Shown piece after piece: positions 13,347 to 26,795 of a stretch of DNA of 64,000 nt (positions are counted from its first letter, which is position 1; every line of letters begins with the position of its first letter). Source of the DNA: Priapulus caudatus (lineage: Eukaryota). Position numbers and translations under genes: made by a program. The notes below the pieces were generated by a model. That model saw only the letters and a program-made list of their open reading frames with translations. It did not search any database and was not told the DNA's origin. The stretch covers positions 347,994-411,993 of the forward strand of contig NW_014577081.1 of assembly GCF_000485595.1 (NCBI RefSeq), in the 5' to 3' direction.

Positions 13347-13765
13347 TGGTGTGTGTGTGTGTGTGGTTGTGTGTGCATGATGCAAGCTTGTGTGTGTACG
13401 TGAAGGAAGTTACATAAAGGTGGAACACGACTGGTATACACGTTATGGGCACACGAGTGAGATTGACGCACTCCTGTTATTAATAATATGTGACTACCTC
13501 GCCGAGCCAACAACACCAGGCGGCTGCCATAAGGAGGCGTGGTACTGCGGGGAGGCAGCTGCCGCCGACGTGATGCTAATGATTCCAACAGGGTTTCCCA
13601 CAAACCGCGCGCGCCGAATTAAAATAATTACAGTTGCTAAATTAGTTCGCCATGACAGGGAGCATGCAATCATGCCGGTAGTGCTCATCGTCGTGCAGCC
13701 GAAGGGACACAATATCGGCTGGCTTGCGGCTAGCCACTGTCGATGCTGTCCGCGGGATACGTGAG

Positions 13766-15915
13766 GCGTACAGGCAGGTAGCCAGGGAAAGGTGTGATAC
13801 ACGTGTGCAGGCAGGCAGCCAGGGAAGGTGTGATACACGTGTGCAGGCAGGTAGCCAAGGGGAAGGGTGGATACACGTGTGCAGGCAGGTAGCCAGGGGA
13901 AGGTGTGATACACGTGTGCAGGCAGGTAGCCAGGGGAAGGTATGATACACGTGTGCAGGCAGTAGCAGGGGAAGGTGTGATACACGTGTGCAGGCAGGTA
14001 GCCAGGGGAAGGTGTGATACACGTGTGCAGGCAGGTAGCCAGGCAGAAAGGTATGATACACAGTGTGCAGGGTAGGTAGCCAGGGAAGGTGTGATACACG
14101 TGTGCATGCAGGTAGCCAGGGAAGGTATGCTACGTGTGCAGGCAGGTAGCCAGGGGAAGTGTGATACACGTGTGCTGGCAGGCAGCCAGTCGGGAAGGTA
14201 TGCTACACGTGTGCAGGCAGGTAGCCAGGGAAAGGTGTGATACACGTGTGCAGGCAATGCATGTAGGCCAGGGAAGGTGTGATACACGTGTGAAGGCAGG
14301 TAGCCAGGGGAAGGTATGATACACGTGTGCAGGCAGGTAGCCAGGGGAAGGTGTGATACACGTGTGCAGGCAGGTAGCCAGGGGAAGGTGTGATACACGT
14401 GTGAAGGCAGGTAGCCAGGGGAAGGTATGATACACGTGTGGCAGGCAGCAGCAGCGGCCGAAGGTGTGATACACGTGTGCAGGCAGGTGCAGGGAAGGTG
14501 TGATACACGTGTGCAGACAGCGTAGCCAGGGGAAGGTGTGATACACGTGTGCAGCAGGTAGCCCAGGGGAAGGTGTGATACAACGTGTGCAGGCAGGTAG
14601 CCATCGGGAAGGTGTGATACACGTGTGCAGGCAGGTAGCCAGGGGAAGGTGTGATACACGTGTGAAGGCAGGCATGTAGCCAGGGGAAGGTATGATACAC
14701 GTGTGCAGGCAGGTAGCCAGGGGAAGGTATGCTACACGTGTGCAGGCAGGCAGCCAGGGGAAGGTGTGATACACGTGTGCAGGCATGCAGGTAGCCAGGG
14801 GAAGGTGTGATACACGTGTGAGGCAGGTAGCCAGGAAGGTATGATGACGCGGTGTGCAGGCAGGCAGCCAGGGGAAGGTATGATACACGTGTGCAGGCAG
14901 GTAGCCAGGGGAAGGTGTGATACACGTGTGCAGGCAGCATGTAGCCAGGGGGAAGGTATGATACACGTGTGCAGGCAGTAGCCAGGGGAAGGTATGATAC
15001 ACGGTGCGGGCAGGTAGCCAGGGGAAGGTGTCATACACGTGTGCATGCAGGTAGCCAGGGGAACGGTGTGATAACACGTGTGAAGGCAGCATGTGCCGAG
15101 GGGAAGTATGATACACGTGTGCAGGCAGGTAGCCAGGGAAGGTGTGATACACGTGTGCAGGCAGGTAGCCAGGGAAGGTGTGATACACGTGTGAAGAGGC
15201 ATAGTTAGCCAGGGAAGGTATGATACACGTGTGCAGGCAGGTAGCCAGGGGAAGGTATGATACGCGTGTGCCAGGCAGTGTAGCCAGGGGAAGGTGTGAT
15301 ACACGTGTGCAGGCAGTAGCCAGGGGAAGGTATGATACGCGTGTGCAGGCAGGCAGCCAGGGAAGGTATGATACAGCTGTGCAGGCAGGTAGCCAGGGGA
15401 GGTGGGATACACGTGTGCAGGCAGGTAGCAGGGAAGGTGATACACGTGTGAAGGCAGGTAGCAGCGGGAAGGTAATGATACACGTGGTGCAGGCAGGTAG
15501 CCAGAGGGAAGGTGTGATAACACGTGTGCAGGCAGGTAGGCCAGGGGAAGGTGTGATCACGTGTGAAGGCAGGTAGCCAGGAGAGGTATGATACACGTGT
15601 GCGAGGCAGGTAGCCAGGGGAAGGTGTGATACACGTGTGAAGGCAGGTAGCCAGGAAGAGGCAGGTAGCCAGGGAAGCGCAGCAGTAGCCAGGGGAAGCA
15701 GGCAGGTAGCAGGGAAGGTGTGATACACGTGTGCAGGCATGCAGGTAGCAGGGAAGGTGTGATACACGTGTGAGGCAGGTAGCCAGGGGAAGGTGTGATA
15801 CACGTGTGAAGGTCAGGATAGCCAGGCGGAAGGTATGAATACACGTGTGCAGGCAGTAGCCAGGGAAGGTATGATACACGTATGCAGGCAGGTAGCCAGG
15901 GGAAGCAGGCAGGTA
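13766..15915. repeat. About 37-bp satellite array (about 2.1 kb)
   Basis: Unit aggtgtgatacacgtgtgcaggcaggtagccagggga with scattered indels. Confidence 0.95.
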
Positions 15916-17042
15916 GATAGACAGACGGACGGGCGGGCGGGCATATGGACGGACGGATTGGCGAGCGGACAGACAGGCGGACGCACGGGCGGCAGACAGA
16001 CAAGTGAAAGCACGGATAGATTAACCGACGCACAACAGCAGAAGGATGGGCACATAAATAGAAGCGACACGCGGATACAATTTCTTGATTCGATTAATTG
16101 CCACGACTAAAACTCTCAGCCAGTTGAACTTTTCTGACATCCCACTTCAATAAAAAAACGCTAATGTGCCACGTGTGTGCCAGCCTTTACTGGCTTCCCA
16201 TAACACAGGCTTAGGTTAAAGTAGTTCGGTATTCTGGCCTCTCCTCATGTGCCGGAACAGGCAGTCGGACGTACATCGAGATGTATTTTTAGGACCCGTA
16301 ACATTCCTAAAGAGTATCTAGACAGATATAGCTGCAACAAAAATATCGTTGAACGTAATATAATTACGATAACAGGCGCTCAGCTTGCAGTATTAGCTTT
16401 GTCATTTGCTTGTTTAAGACAACTTTCTTGTTGGAGATGATGTCTATTGAGAATTGCTCGTGTTCCCATCTGATCTTCAGTCTTGGTACTATTCTGATAA
16501 AGCGAAAGGGGTAGGCCCAGAGAAGGCGTTGAACGGCGAAAGCGAGCCGCCAGGAAGATAGAGAAATAGAGGAGAGATAAGAGAGAGCGCGCCGCGAGAG
16601 GAGAGCGAGAGCGAGCTTGAGAGAGTAGAGCAGAGAGGAGAGGAGAGAGAGAGGCGACGAGGAGAAGAGAGCGCCGGGAGAGAGAGAGAGCGGCCAGAGA
16701 GAGAGAGAGAGAGAGGCTAGACTAAGAAGTAGACACTTAATGTGTAAAAGCCATAGGGAGTCGGCCGTATGCATTGCTGCGTGATAGAGACAGTACGTGG
16801 GTTGGTCCATGAGGCTTGTAGACAGTCATGTTACAACAATCAGAGGGCAGGAGCAATAGTCTGATATGTTGGCAGCGTGAGGAACGCTGAGCAAAGCGGG
16901 TCAACACAGGCGTTCATTTTAAACTATTCGAGAGAGAAGAAATTTCGAGAGAATTCCTGACTATAACTAACATCATATCAAGTGTCCATAATAGAGACTA
17001 TTATGGACTCATGATTATATCTATAGCGTTTATATGTATCGA

Positions 17043-17074
<32 letters not shown>

Positions 17075-19099
17075 GTTAATATATGTATATTCATTATTAT
17101 ACACCAAATTGACCAGCTTAGTATCCATTGACTGCGTGTGAACAAATTAATATAGCAGAACCTTGAAGCGATAATAGCATAATTGATTGCGCTGCGCCAT
17201 CAAAATCTTTTTCTGCAAGCCAGTCTGTGCGTACGCGCGCGCGCGCACACAAGTGATTTGCTACTAGTAGTCGCAGTGTGCTAGCAGATGCATGCTTTGT
17301 TCGCGAGCTTCTGCGGGAAGCTGGGACTTCGTGTGGTTCTTTGCGCCACGGGTTTTATTACTGGCTTTTGAAGTATACGAAACCGCCTGTGCAGGCTCGC
17401 CACACACGCGGCTGGGTTGTGGTGTATGGAGAGAGAGAGGAGAGAGGCGTGGCCGTGTGTGTCAGCTGCAGTGTGAACATCACACTATTATCTCAGCGGT
17501 ATTCCGGACTCGTCTATTACTGTTTTCACACCAGGGTTCGCACGCGCGCACGCCGTCACCCTCTGGCAAAGAGAGCGTTTGCGGCACCGCCATATCCCTC
17601 GCCCACCCCCCCCCCTCCGCGCTCATTAACTGATATCTCGTCATTACGGAAGTGGATTGCACATGGCTATCGAACCCCTACTATGATTGAACACGTTATC
17701 GTTCTCATGTCGTTTCCATCATGCCGCCGCTAGTTGCAGGTACGTGCGGGAGTATTTTTGAGACACTCTATGTAGAGTTGTGTGCCGTAGCGTGTGTGTG
17801 TGTGTGACCTGTGTGTGTGTGTGTGTCGACGACGGCGGCTGTGCGATCTGGTGTGTGTGTGTCTCTCTTTGTGTGGTGTGTGTCGTGTGTGTGTGGCGGG
17901 GGGCGGGCCCTCTGTGCTGTGTGTCATGTTGTGTGTGTCTGTGTTGTGTGTGATGTGTGTTCTGTGTTGGTGTCTGTGTGTGTCGTGTGTGTGTGTGTTG
18001 TGGGGGGGGGGTCTGTGGTGTGCTTGTGGTCTCTGTGTGTTGTCTGTGTCGTGGGCGTGTGTCTCTGTGATGTGTGTGGCGTGCGTGCGGTCGCGTGCGT
18101 GCGTGATGTGTAGTGTGCGTGCTGCGTGCATACGGCGTGTGTGTGTGTGTGTGGTGTGTGTGTGTGTGTGCTAGCGCTGCGTGCGTACGTGCACTGCGAT
18201 GTGTGCGTGCGTGCACGTATATTGTGTAAGTCAGATTATCTGGTCTTGCCCTGTCCCCAAGATCATGTCCGTCAATGTACCCGTCCATCTGTCGTTGTCA
18301 CGCTACTGTATTTGGTCGTAGTTCGATAAATTCAAACAGATGTCATGCTCACATTTGTTTTTTATCCGTGGAAAATTTAAAATCACTTTTTTTTATTTCG
18401 GGGAAAATGTCAAATGGCTCGAGTTTTAGTTTTTTGCCATGCCAAAGATCTTACCAGCAGATAGGGCTTCGTGAAAAATCTTTGGGTGTCGGGAGTAGTT
18501 AAATTATAAGCTAAAAATTCGCCGCCTTTTTTTAGTTACTACTAGCTAGCGTGTGGCCTGGATATGAAAGACGATGCGTGAACAGTCTTAAGATATGTGG
18601 CATCGGAAATTTTATGCTATGACTAATTTTGTCCGTAGAAATTTTTCAATGATACTCTTTGTCACGTATTGAAAGTAGCGCTCCGCAAATGAAGCCCCCT
18701 CTTGCTCTCTTCGCTCTCTGTCTCTCCCATGCTCTTTCGTGCGCACACACACGCACACACGCACGCGCGAACGCACGAACGAACGCACGACTCTAGATTC
18801 GCTCGCTCTCCTTAGCTTTGCTTCACACGTACTTACACTCTCGGGTGTAGCTTATTTCCCTCGCGATCTCTATCATTCCTCTACGAGTTCGCTCTACACT
18901 CACATCTTTCATCTGCACGATGCTCATCTCTGTCAGCTTACCTCTTGCACTCGCTGCCCTGCAATATATATGATGCGCTGAACAGCGAATAGTAACGCGT
19001 GATGATGCGAATCGACGAATTTGAAATGGAATAAACAGCAACGAGAAAATGTAACCTATTTATATTATTTCTAGATATATACTTAGACCAAGTCGGTTG

Positions 19100-20590
19100 C
19101 CTTCATGCGTGACGGGAGAGGAGGGAGAAGGAGGGGAGAATGGAGGAGAAGCATGAGTGACGGGAGAGGAGGGAGAAGGAGGGGAGAATGGGGGAGAAGC
19201 ATGAGTGACGGGAGAGGAGGGAGAAGGAGGGGAGAAATGGAGAGAAGCATGAGTGACGGGAGAGGAGGGAGAGGAGGGAGAATGGGGGAGAAGAAGAAGG
19301 GGGAAAGAGGAATGGGAGAAGCATCTAACGGGAAGATGGAGGGAGAAGAGGGGGGAAGGGGGAGAAGCATGAGGAGTTGACGTTGGAGCAGAGAGGAGAA
19401 GGGGGGAGAAACTGGAGGAGAATATGAGTGAACGAGAGGAGGGAGAAGAGGGAGAATGGGAGGATGAAGCCATGACGTGAGCGGGAGAGGAAGGGAGAAG
19501 GAGGAGGAGAATGGAGGAGAAGTCCATGAGTAAGCGGAGAGGAGGGAGAAAGAGGGGAGAATGGGGGAGAAGCAGAGTGACGGGAGAGGAGGGAGAAGGC
19601 GGAGAGAATGGAGGAGAATCCTAGTGACGGAGAGAGGGAGAAGGCGGGGCGAGAATGGGGGAGAAGGCATGAACGTGACGAAGAGAGAAGAGGGAGGAAG
19701 GAAGGGGAAGAATGGGGGAGAAGGACATGAGTGACGGAGAGGAGTGAAGAAAAGAGGGAGAATGGGGGAGAAGTCATGAGTGACGGAAAGAGGAGTGGAG
19801 AAGGAGGGGAGAATGGGGAAGAAGCATGAGTGACTGAGAGAAGGGAGAAGGAGGGGAATAATGGAGGAGAAGCATGAGTGACGGGATGAGGAGGGAGAAA
19901 AGAGGGGAGAATCGGGGGAGAAGCATGAGTGACGGGAGAGAGGGAAGAAGGAGGGGAGAAATGGGGGAGAAGCATGAGTGACGGGGAGAAGGAGGAGAGA
20001 AGGAAGGGGGAATGGGGAAAGAGAAGCATGAGATGAACGGGAGAGGATGGAGAAGGAAGGGGAGAATGGAGAGAGAAGCATGAGTGACGGGGAGAGGAGG
20101 GAGAAGAGGGGATTAATAGGGGGAAGAAGCATAGTGACGGAGAGGAGGGAGAAGGAGGGGAGAAATGGGGGAGAAGCATGAGTTGACGGGAGAGGAGAGG
20201 AGAAAGAGGGGAGAATGGGGGAGAAGCATGAAGTGACGAAGAAGGAGTGAGAAGTGAGGGGAGAAGGGGGAGAAAGCATGAGTGACGGGAGAGGAGTAGC
20301 ATAAGGGGAGAATGGAGGAGAAGCATAGTGACGGGAGAGGAGGGAGAGGACAGGGGGAGAATGGGGGAGAAGCAATGAGTGTACGGGAGAGGAGGGAGAA
20401 GGAGGGGAGAATGGGGAGAAGCATGAGTATGACAGGGAGAGGAAGGAGAAGGAGGGAGAATGGGAGAGAAGCATGAGTGACGGGAGTAGGAGGGACGAAG
20501 GAGGGCGAGAATGGGGGAGAAGCCATAGAGTGAGCTGAGCAGGCAGGAGGGAGAGGTAGGGGATAATAGGGACGGAGAGCATGATAGTGA
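19100..20590. repeat. 48-bp purine-rich minisatellite
   Basis: Unit gcatgagtgacgggagaggagggagaaggaggggagaatgggggagaa. Confidence 0.95.
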
Positions 20591-21259
20591 GAGGGACGAG
20601 GGAGAGTCATCGGCGTAGTGCGAGGCAGCGCACAACTGTACGCAATAAGCACGTAAACGTACGCAACACGTACAACGTTCGCGCACCCAGGAAGATATGT
20701 ACACGTAACGCACACACGTTAACATGTAGCCACACAACGTGTGCACGCTGCCCAGCGTAGCGTACTCACACGTAAACGTACGCACCCACGTAACTGGCAC
20801 ACCAACGAGTACAACGTACCCACAACCTGCCGCGCAAGCACGTACGCACACACAGCACACACAACACACCGCACCAACAAGCACCACACACACACACAAC
20901 ACACACACACAATCACACACAACCACACACACAGCACACACGTACATACGTCTATTCACCAGAAATGGACGTTTGCACCACACGCGTAGCGCATGCACAT
21001 AACACACATACCACGTACAACGACATACCACACATACAGCACATACCACAGCGCGATGAGTGCACGGCGCGCGGGTATTGACACACGTGAATTACTCGCT
21101 GCTTTTGTTAACGGCACACACCGGTTCCGCTAAGATGACTGTCGACCGCTCACATAATACGGCTACAGCAAATATCCACCCACGGGAGTTCGTCTGTGTG
21201 TGGTGCGTGAGTGTGTGTGTGTGTGTGTGATGTGTGTGTGTGTGTGTGTGTGTGGGTTG

Positions 21260-21291
<32 letters not shown>

Positions 21292-21616
21292 TGCGTGCAT
21301 GTGTGCGTGGAGGGGGCTAATAAAATTTACTAGCTGGCTTCAGTAATTGTTTGAGTGAGTACTGATGAGAATACTAACTATAGTGGGCGTTGCAGTCGAA
21401 TAGCTGTGCTGTCGATTCGTGCTTTGGTTATGGCCAAGGACACAGTAAGTGCTATTGGTGTTTTCTGTCAGAAATAATAATCTATATATACACGAATGAA
21501 CTAATATATAGAGGTAGGGTTTTGTGACGTGGCTGACATACTGTGTGCTACTCAGTAGCTTCGTTATTATACAAATATAGGGAGACAGTCGGAGAGAGCG
21601 TGGAAGAGGTGTCTAA

Positions 21617-21672
<56 letters not shown>

Positions 21673-22324
21673 GGGGGGAGACAGAGAACGAGAGAGTAAG
21701 CAGACTCACAGGTTCGCGAGGAAACGTGCATTCATTCACAGGCAACCCGAATCATGTTATTCATATTGATATTACGGGTAATACATTCACCACAGACGTC
21801 AGGATTGCGTTTTAGACCAATCTTTACAATGCGGTCGTCAGCTCAATCTTGCGTAAATCATGAGCGTCTAGAACAATAAATATATCGCTGTGTCGTGTAC
21901 TCCGTACTCTGTGGCGGTACTCTGTGGTCCGTACTCCGTACTCCGTACATCGTGTATTCTGTACTCCGCAGAGAATCTAATCACGATGATTTGGCCTGCT
22001 TCCACCGGCTCGCTGCTGCTCAAATCGGTAAAAACGAAAAACGAAGCCTATTAGAGAAAGAGAGCTATATGAACGCCCCCCCCCACTCCACCCCACACCC
22101 TCACTCCCTGATGCCGGCGCGCACGACAGACCGCAAATGTAGCGTTTCGATTTCCTGTTCCATGCGCACCTGGCGAAAGCGAAAACAGATCGTTACTGCT
22201 AGTTAGCTACCACCTCGCTCAGCCTCCTCCATGCTCGTTGTAGGAAGCCCGCTCTCCGTCGTCCTACCCTCCCCCCACGCCACCAGCGCCACCAGACCAC
22301 CCTGTCCCCGACCCCGCCTCTGCA

Positions 22325-22940
22325 GGACGCACGGGCGGCAGACAGACAAGTGAAAGCACGGATAGATTAACCGACGCACAACCAGGCAGAAGGATGGGCA
22401 CATAAATAGAACCGACACGCGGATACAATTTCTTGATTCGATTAATTGCCACGACTAAAACTCTCGGCCAGTTGAACTTTTCTGACATCCCACTTCAATA
22501 AAAAACGCTAATGTGCCACGTGTGTGCCAGCCTTTTACTGGCTTCCCATAACACAGGCTTAGGTTAAAGTAGTTCGGTATTCTGGCTCTCCTCATGTGCC
22601 GGAACAGGCAGTCGGACGTACATCGGAGATGTATTTTTAGGACCCGTAACATTCCTAAGAGTATCTAGACAGATGATAGTCTGCAAAAAAATATCGTTAC
22701 GTATATAATTACGTAAAGGGCGCTGCATATGCTTTGCATTTGTTGTTTAACACCGTTGAGATGATGTCTATTTGAGAATTGCTCGTGTCCCACTGATTCA
22801 GTTCTTGGACTACTGATAAAGCGAAAGGGGTAGGCAGAGAAGGGGAACGGGAAAGCGAGCCGCAGGAAAGATAGAGAAATAGAGAGAGATAGAGAGAGCG
22901 CGCGCGAGAGGGAGAGCGAGAGGAGTGAGAGAGAGAGAGA

Positions 22941-22978
<38 letters not shown>

Positions 22979-22988
22979 AGACTAAGAG
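22325..22988 (+). repeat. Second copy of about 15979-16730, ending at a 10-N gap
   Basis: Shared ggacgcacgggcggcagacagacaagtgaaagcacggatag... through the GA microsatellite and actagactaaga. Confidence 0.9.
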
Positions 22989-22998
22989 NNNNNNNNNN

Positions 22999-23700
22999 CA
23001 TGCAGCGTGATTGTAGCGCGCGCGCACACACACAGACGGACGGATGCGCACGCACTGTACGTGACGCGCGCGTGCTGCGGACACACACGGAACGGACGGA
23101 TGCCGCACGCACGTACGTGACGCGCGGCGCGACACGACACCGACGGACGGATGCCGCACGCAGTATGTGACGCGCGCGCACACACAGCGAGACGGGCGAT
23201 GCCGCACGCAACGTACGTACGCGCGCCGCAACACACACGGACGACGGATGCGCACGCTACCGTACTACGCGCGCGCACACATACGGAGGGCGATGCCGCA
23301 CCACGTACGTACCGCGCGCCAACACGACGGACGGATGCCGCGCGCACGGTACTAAGACGCGCGCGCACACACACGGAGCGGCGGATGCGGCACGCACGTA
23401 CGTAGTACGACGCATAAAGCGGGGGGAGGGTGCTGGGATGGGGAGGGCCGTGAGACGCCGGTTTGTTAAGTATCGTATTGCGGATCCGGGGGAGGCGTGA
23501 AGCGGGAGGGAGCCTGGACGGGGGGAGGGCATGCAGAGCCACACACAGCAGCGAAACCAGAAGATAACCCCCCCGGCACAGCCGACGGGCGCGATGCCGC
23601 ACGCACCTAACGTACTGCGCGGCGCACACAGACACGGACGGACGGAGTGCAGCGCGTAGGCGCGCACACGCGCAAGCATGCCGGCCGACACACGAGCCGC
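22999..23700. repeat. Degenerate ~45-bp GC-rich tandem repeat
   Basis: Recurrent acacacggacggacggatgccgcacgcacgtacgtgacgcgcg. Confidence 0.8.
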
Positions 23701-23966
23701 AACACACCTTCTTAATTTCAAACTAGAACGAGGCACATCAGAGAGTGCATACCTCCGCGAGCATGTAACATGTATGTGTACGAGCTGGCTCGCCGCTCGC
23801 TGCTGCCTGTGGCTGACTGACTGCTGCTGCTGACAATCGCCGGCTCGCTGGTGCGGCTTAGCTGAACTCGCCGCTCGCTGCGTGTTGCTGCTGACTCACT
23901 CGCCTGCTCTGACTCGCCACTCGCTGACTCGAGCGCCTATCGTCGCGCTCGCGCGGACTGGACACA

Positions 23967-24018
<52 letters not shown>

Positions 24019-24229
24019 GAGACCGATCCATTTAGCCTCCCCTGCAACTCCGTTGCGCGGAGGTAATGAAGGCGACAGAAGCTAGATTTAGCCGGTGAAA
24101 TGCCTAACACAGCCCTTCATATCACCTCTCCTATCATAACATAGCTCATATCATAACTTCCTCATATTCACGCGCAGCATAACTTCGGTTCTAATTTATA
24201 GCAGCCATTCCGCATAATATCTCGCTGCT

Positions 24230-24672
24230 GGGTTTCGCTGCCTGCTGCTCTGTTCTAACTGCTGCTGCTGCCTGCTTGCGTGCTGCTCGTTGCTGGCTGC
24301 TGCGCTGCTGCTTGCGCTACTGTCTGGCTGCCATAGTGCTGCTGCGTATTGCTACGTCTGCCTGCTACTGCCAGCTGCTGCTGGCTGCTATTACTGCTAC
24401 TGCTGCTACTTAGCTACTGCTGCGCCTCTGCTGCTTGTTGCTGTTGCTGTTGCTCTGCGCTGTGGTTGCTGTTGCTACTGCTGTTTTACTGCTGCTGCTG
24501 CTGACTCACTACTAAGACTACTCCTTACTACTACTGCCATACCTACTACTAACTACTAACTACTACTAGCTTAATGGCATGCTTACTACTACTACTACAA
24601 CTACTACTACTACTGCTACTGCTACTCGCGCTGCTGGTGCTGCATAATGCCTAATTGCTGCTGCTGCTACTA
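24230..24672. repeat. (CTG)n/(CTA)n trinucleotide region
   Basis: Direct inspection. Confidence 0.9.
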
Positions 24673-24919
24673 CTAAATGTTTATTTGTGTTGCTTTTGTT
24701 TGTCTTGTTCTTCTTGTTGTTGTCTCCTTGCTGTTGTCTCTGCTGGCGTGCATGCTATCTTTTGTAGTCCAGCAGATTAAGTGAATATTGCAGCCATGAG
24801 CCGCTCTGTGAAGCCTTCCCAGCATGTCTCTGTACCAGACGCATTCCAGCCGGCGTAGCGGGCTCCTCATGGCGTCGCTGGTCTCACCGATAGCGACTTA
24901 TCAGTGTCTTTATGTAAAT

Positions 24920-25146
24920 CCTGGTTTACACTACCGACTTATGTTGGCGACAATTGGCGAGTTGGACCGACATTTCGCAATCGGCAAGTCCGAGTTGGCA
25001 AAATAGAACATGTTCTAATCGCCCACTAAGTTGCTATTCGATCTGTTGGTCGCGCAAACACTTGGTTTACACTGCCGATTGTCGGTGGTATAGTTAGGGA
25101 GTTGGTCCAATTCGCCAATTTGCCAACATAAAGTCGGTAGTGTAAA
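24920..25146. mobile_element. Degenerate copy of the MITE at 26473-26710
   Basis: ctggtttacactaccgactt...aagtcggtagtgtaaa with a colinear interior. Confidence 0.75.
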
Positions 25147-25238
25147 AAGTCCGAGGTGTACTACGAAGTCAAGGTCACGACTACATGGTTAGTGACACGT
25201 CCCATATATCGCAGTGCAAACATATCGAAATTAAATAT

Positions 25239-25476
25239 TACTACGACGTAAGAATGACGGACGTTTTTTTTACAGGACTCGGGACGAAAATTGCGCTCAT
25301 TTTCGGACAATTACTCACCGGCGCGTTGAGCAGAGTTTGACACGAGCTTGCTAACTGTCCGTAAATGTTATTATCGACATTCCGTAATTGTCCGTGTCTG
25401 TCCGTAACCGTCCGTAACCGTCCGTAATATTTGTCCAAGCTTTGTAAAAAAATCCGTTATTTCTCACTTCGTAGTG
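25239..25476. mobile_element. Possible small TIR element with CACTA-like ends
   Basis: actacgacgtaagaatgacgga versus the reverse complement of tccgttatttctcacttcgtagtg; no clear TSD. Confidence 0.45.
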
Positions 25477-25499
25477 TTTGATCGATGCGCGGTTTCCGC

Positions 25500-25788
25500 T
25501 GCCCACCGTGAGCGAAGGTAGAGGGTTGTGGAAGCACTGCCCACCGTCAGCGGAGGTAGAGGGTTGTAGAAGCGCATGCTAATCCATCAGCGAAGGTAGA
25601 GGGTTGTGGAAGCACTGCCCACCGTCAGCGAAGGTAGAGGGTTGTAGAAGCGCATGCTAATCCATCAGCGAAGGTAGCGGGTTGTGGAAGCGCATGCTAA
25701 TCCATCAGCGAAGGTAGAGGGTTGTGGAAGCGCATGCTAATCCATCAGCGAAGGTAGCGGGTTGTGGAAGCGCATGCTAATCCACCGT
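25500..25788. repeat. 38-40-bp minisatellite, about 7 copies
   Basis: Unit agcgaaggtagagggttgtggaagcgcatgctaatccatc and a cactgcccaccgtc variant. Confidence 0.92.
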
Positions 25789-25949
25789 GCAATGTGATCT
25801 CGCAAGCATGGAGCGTAGCTGAGAGCCGCACTGATTCTTCTTCTACAGCTTAGATGTTCTCGTGTGCCATGTGACAGGCTCGATATATGCGACCATCAAG
25901 CGTGGGTGAGCTAACCACCACCCCCACCCCACCCACAACATGCTTCGTC

Positions 25950-26795
25950 ATTAGCGAACTCTCAAAATATGCAGATTCTCTTAATATCCGCGAATATCCC
26001 CTGGAGGCAAACTTCACCAGTAGACGCACTCCCATTAGGCAAGCTTTAAGAATCTGAGCCTTCTCATTAAGGTTATCCCAATATGCGAACCTTTCCAGTA
26101 GGTGAACCCCATTGGGCAAACATTCCTAGAATCTTAACTCTCATAAGGCAAACTTTCTCAGTGTGCGAACTTTCCCAGTAAGTAGACTTCCTCAGTAGGC
26201 GAACCCCCACCAGGCAAACCCTAAGAATGGACCCTTTTATTAGGAAAGGTATTTCAATAAGCGAACTTTCCCAGTAGGCAAACATTCCCAGTAGGCGAAC
26301 CCCCATTGGCAAACTCTCTCATTAGGCAAACTTCTGCAGTATGCAAACTTCCCCAGTAGGCAGACTTCCTCAGTAGGCAAACCCCCATTAGGCAATCTTT
26401 CCTAGGATCTGTAATCTGTCATTTGGAGAACTTCCCAAGTAGGCGAACTTCTCCAGTAGGCAAATTACCTTAAGCTGGGTTTACACTAATGTCTTTATGT
26501 TGGCGATTTGGCGAGTTGGACCAATTTCGCAATTCGGCAACTCCGTGTTGGCGAAAATAGAACATGTTCTAATCTCCCAACTAGTTGATATCGATTGGTT
26601 GGTCGTGCAACCTTTGCGTTTACACTGCCGATTGTTGGTTGTATAGTTAGGAAGTTAATTGGTCCAATTCGCCAATTCGCCAACACAAAGTCGGTAGTGT
26701 AAACCCAGCCTTAGTAAGCGAACCGCCATTAGGCAAACGTTTCTAGTATGTGAACTCTACCTTGAGGCAAGTTCTCCCGGTGTAGGTGAACTCCT
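25950..26795. repeat. Old degenerate tandem repeat (ccagtaggcgaac/ccattaggcaaac), interrupted by a MITE
   Basis: Recurring ~18-20-bp motifs on both sides of 26473-26710. Confidence 0.75.
26473..26710. mobile_element. Harbinger/Tourist-like MITE
   Basis: tta|AGCTGGGTTTACACTA ... TAGTGTAAACCCAGCC|tta; TTA TSD; second copy at about 24920. Confidence 0.82.

Noticed and set aside
13766..15915. 37-bp repeat as a CRISPR array
   Set aside because: Head-to-tail units with no unique spacers, no cas genes, eukaryotic intron
13494..16033. Long overlapping ORFs up to 557 aa
   Set aside because: Stop-poor 37-bp satellite, open in several frames, period not a multiple of 3
19083..21049. Pro/Ser-rich ORFs of 499 and 574 aa
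   Set aside because: Reverse strand of the 48-bp purine minisatellite plus CA repeats
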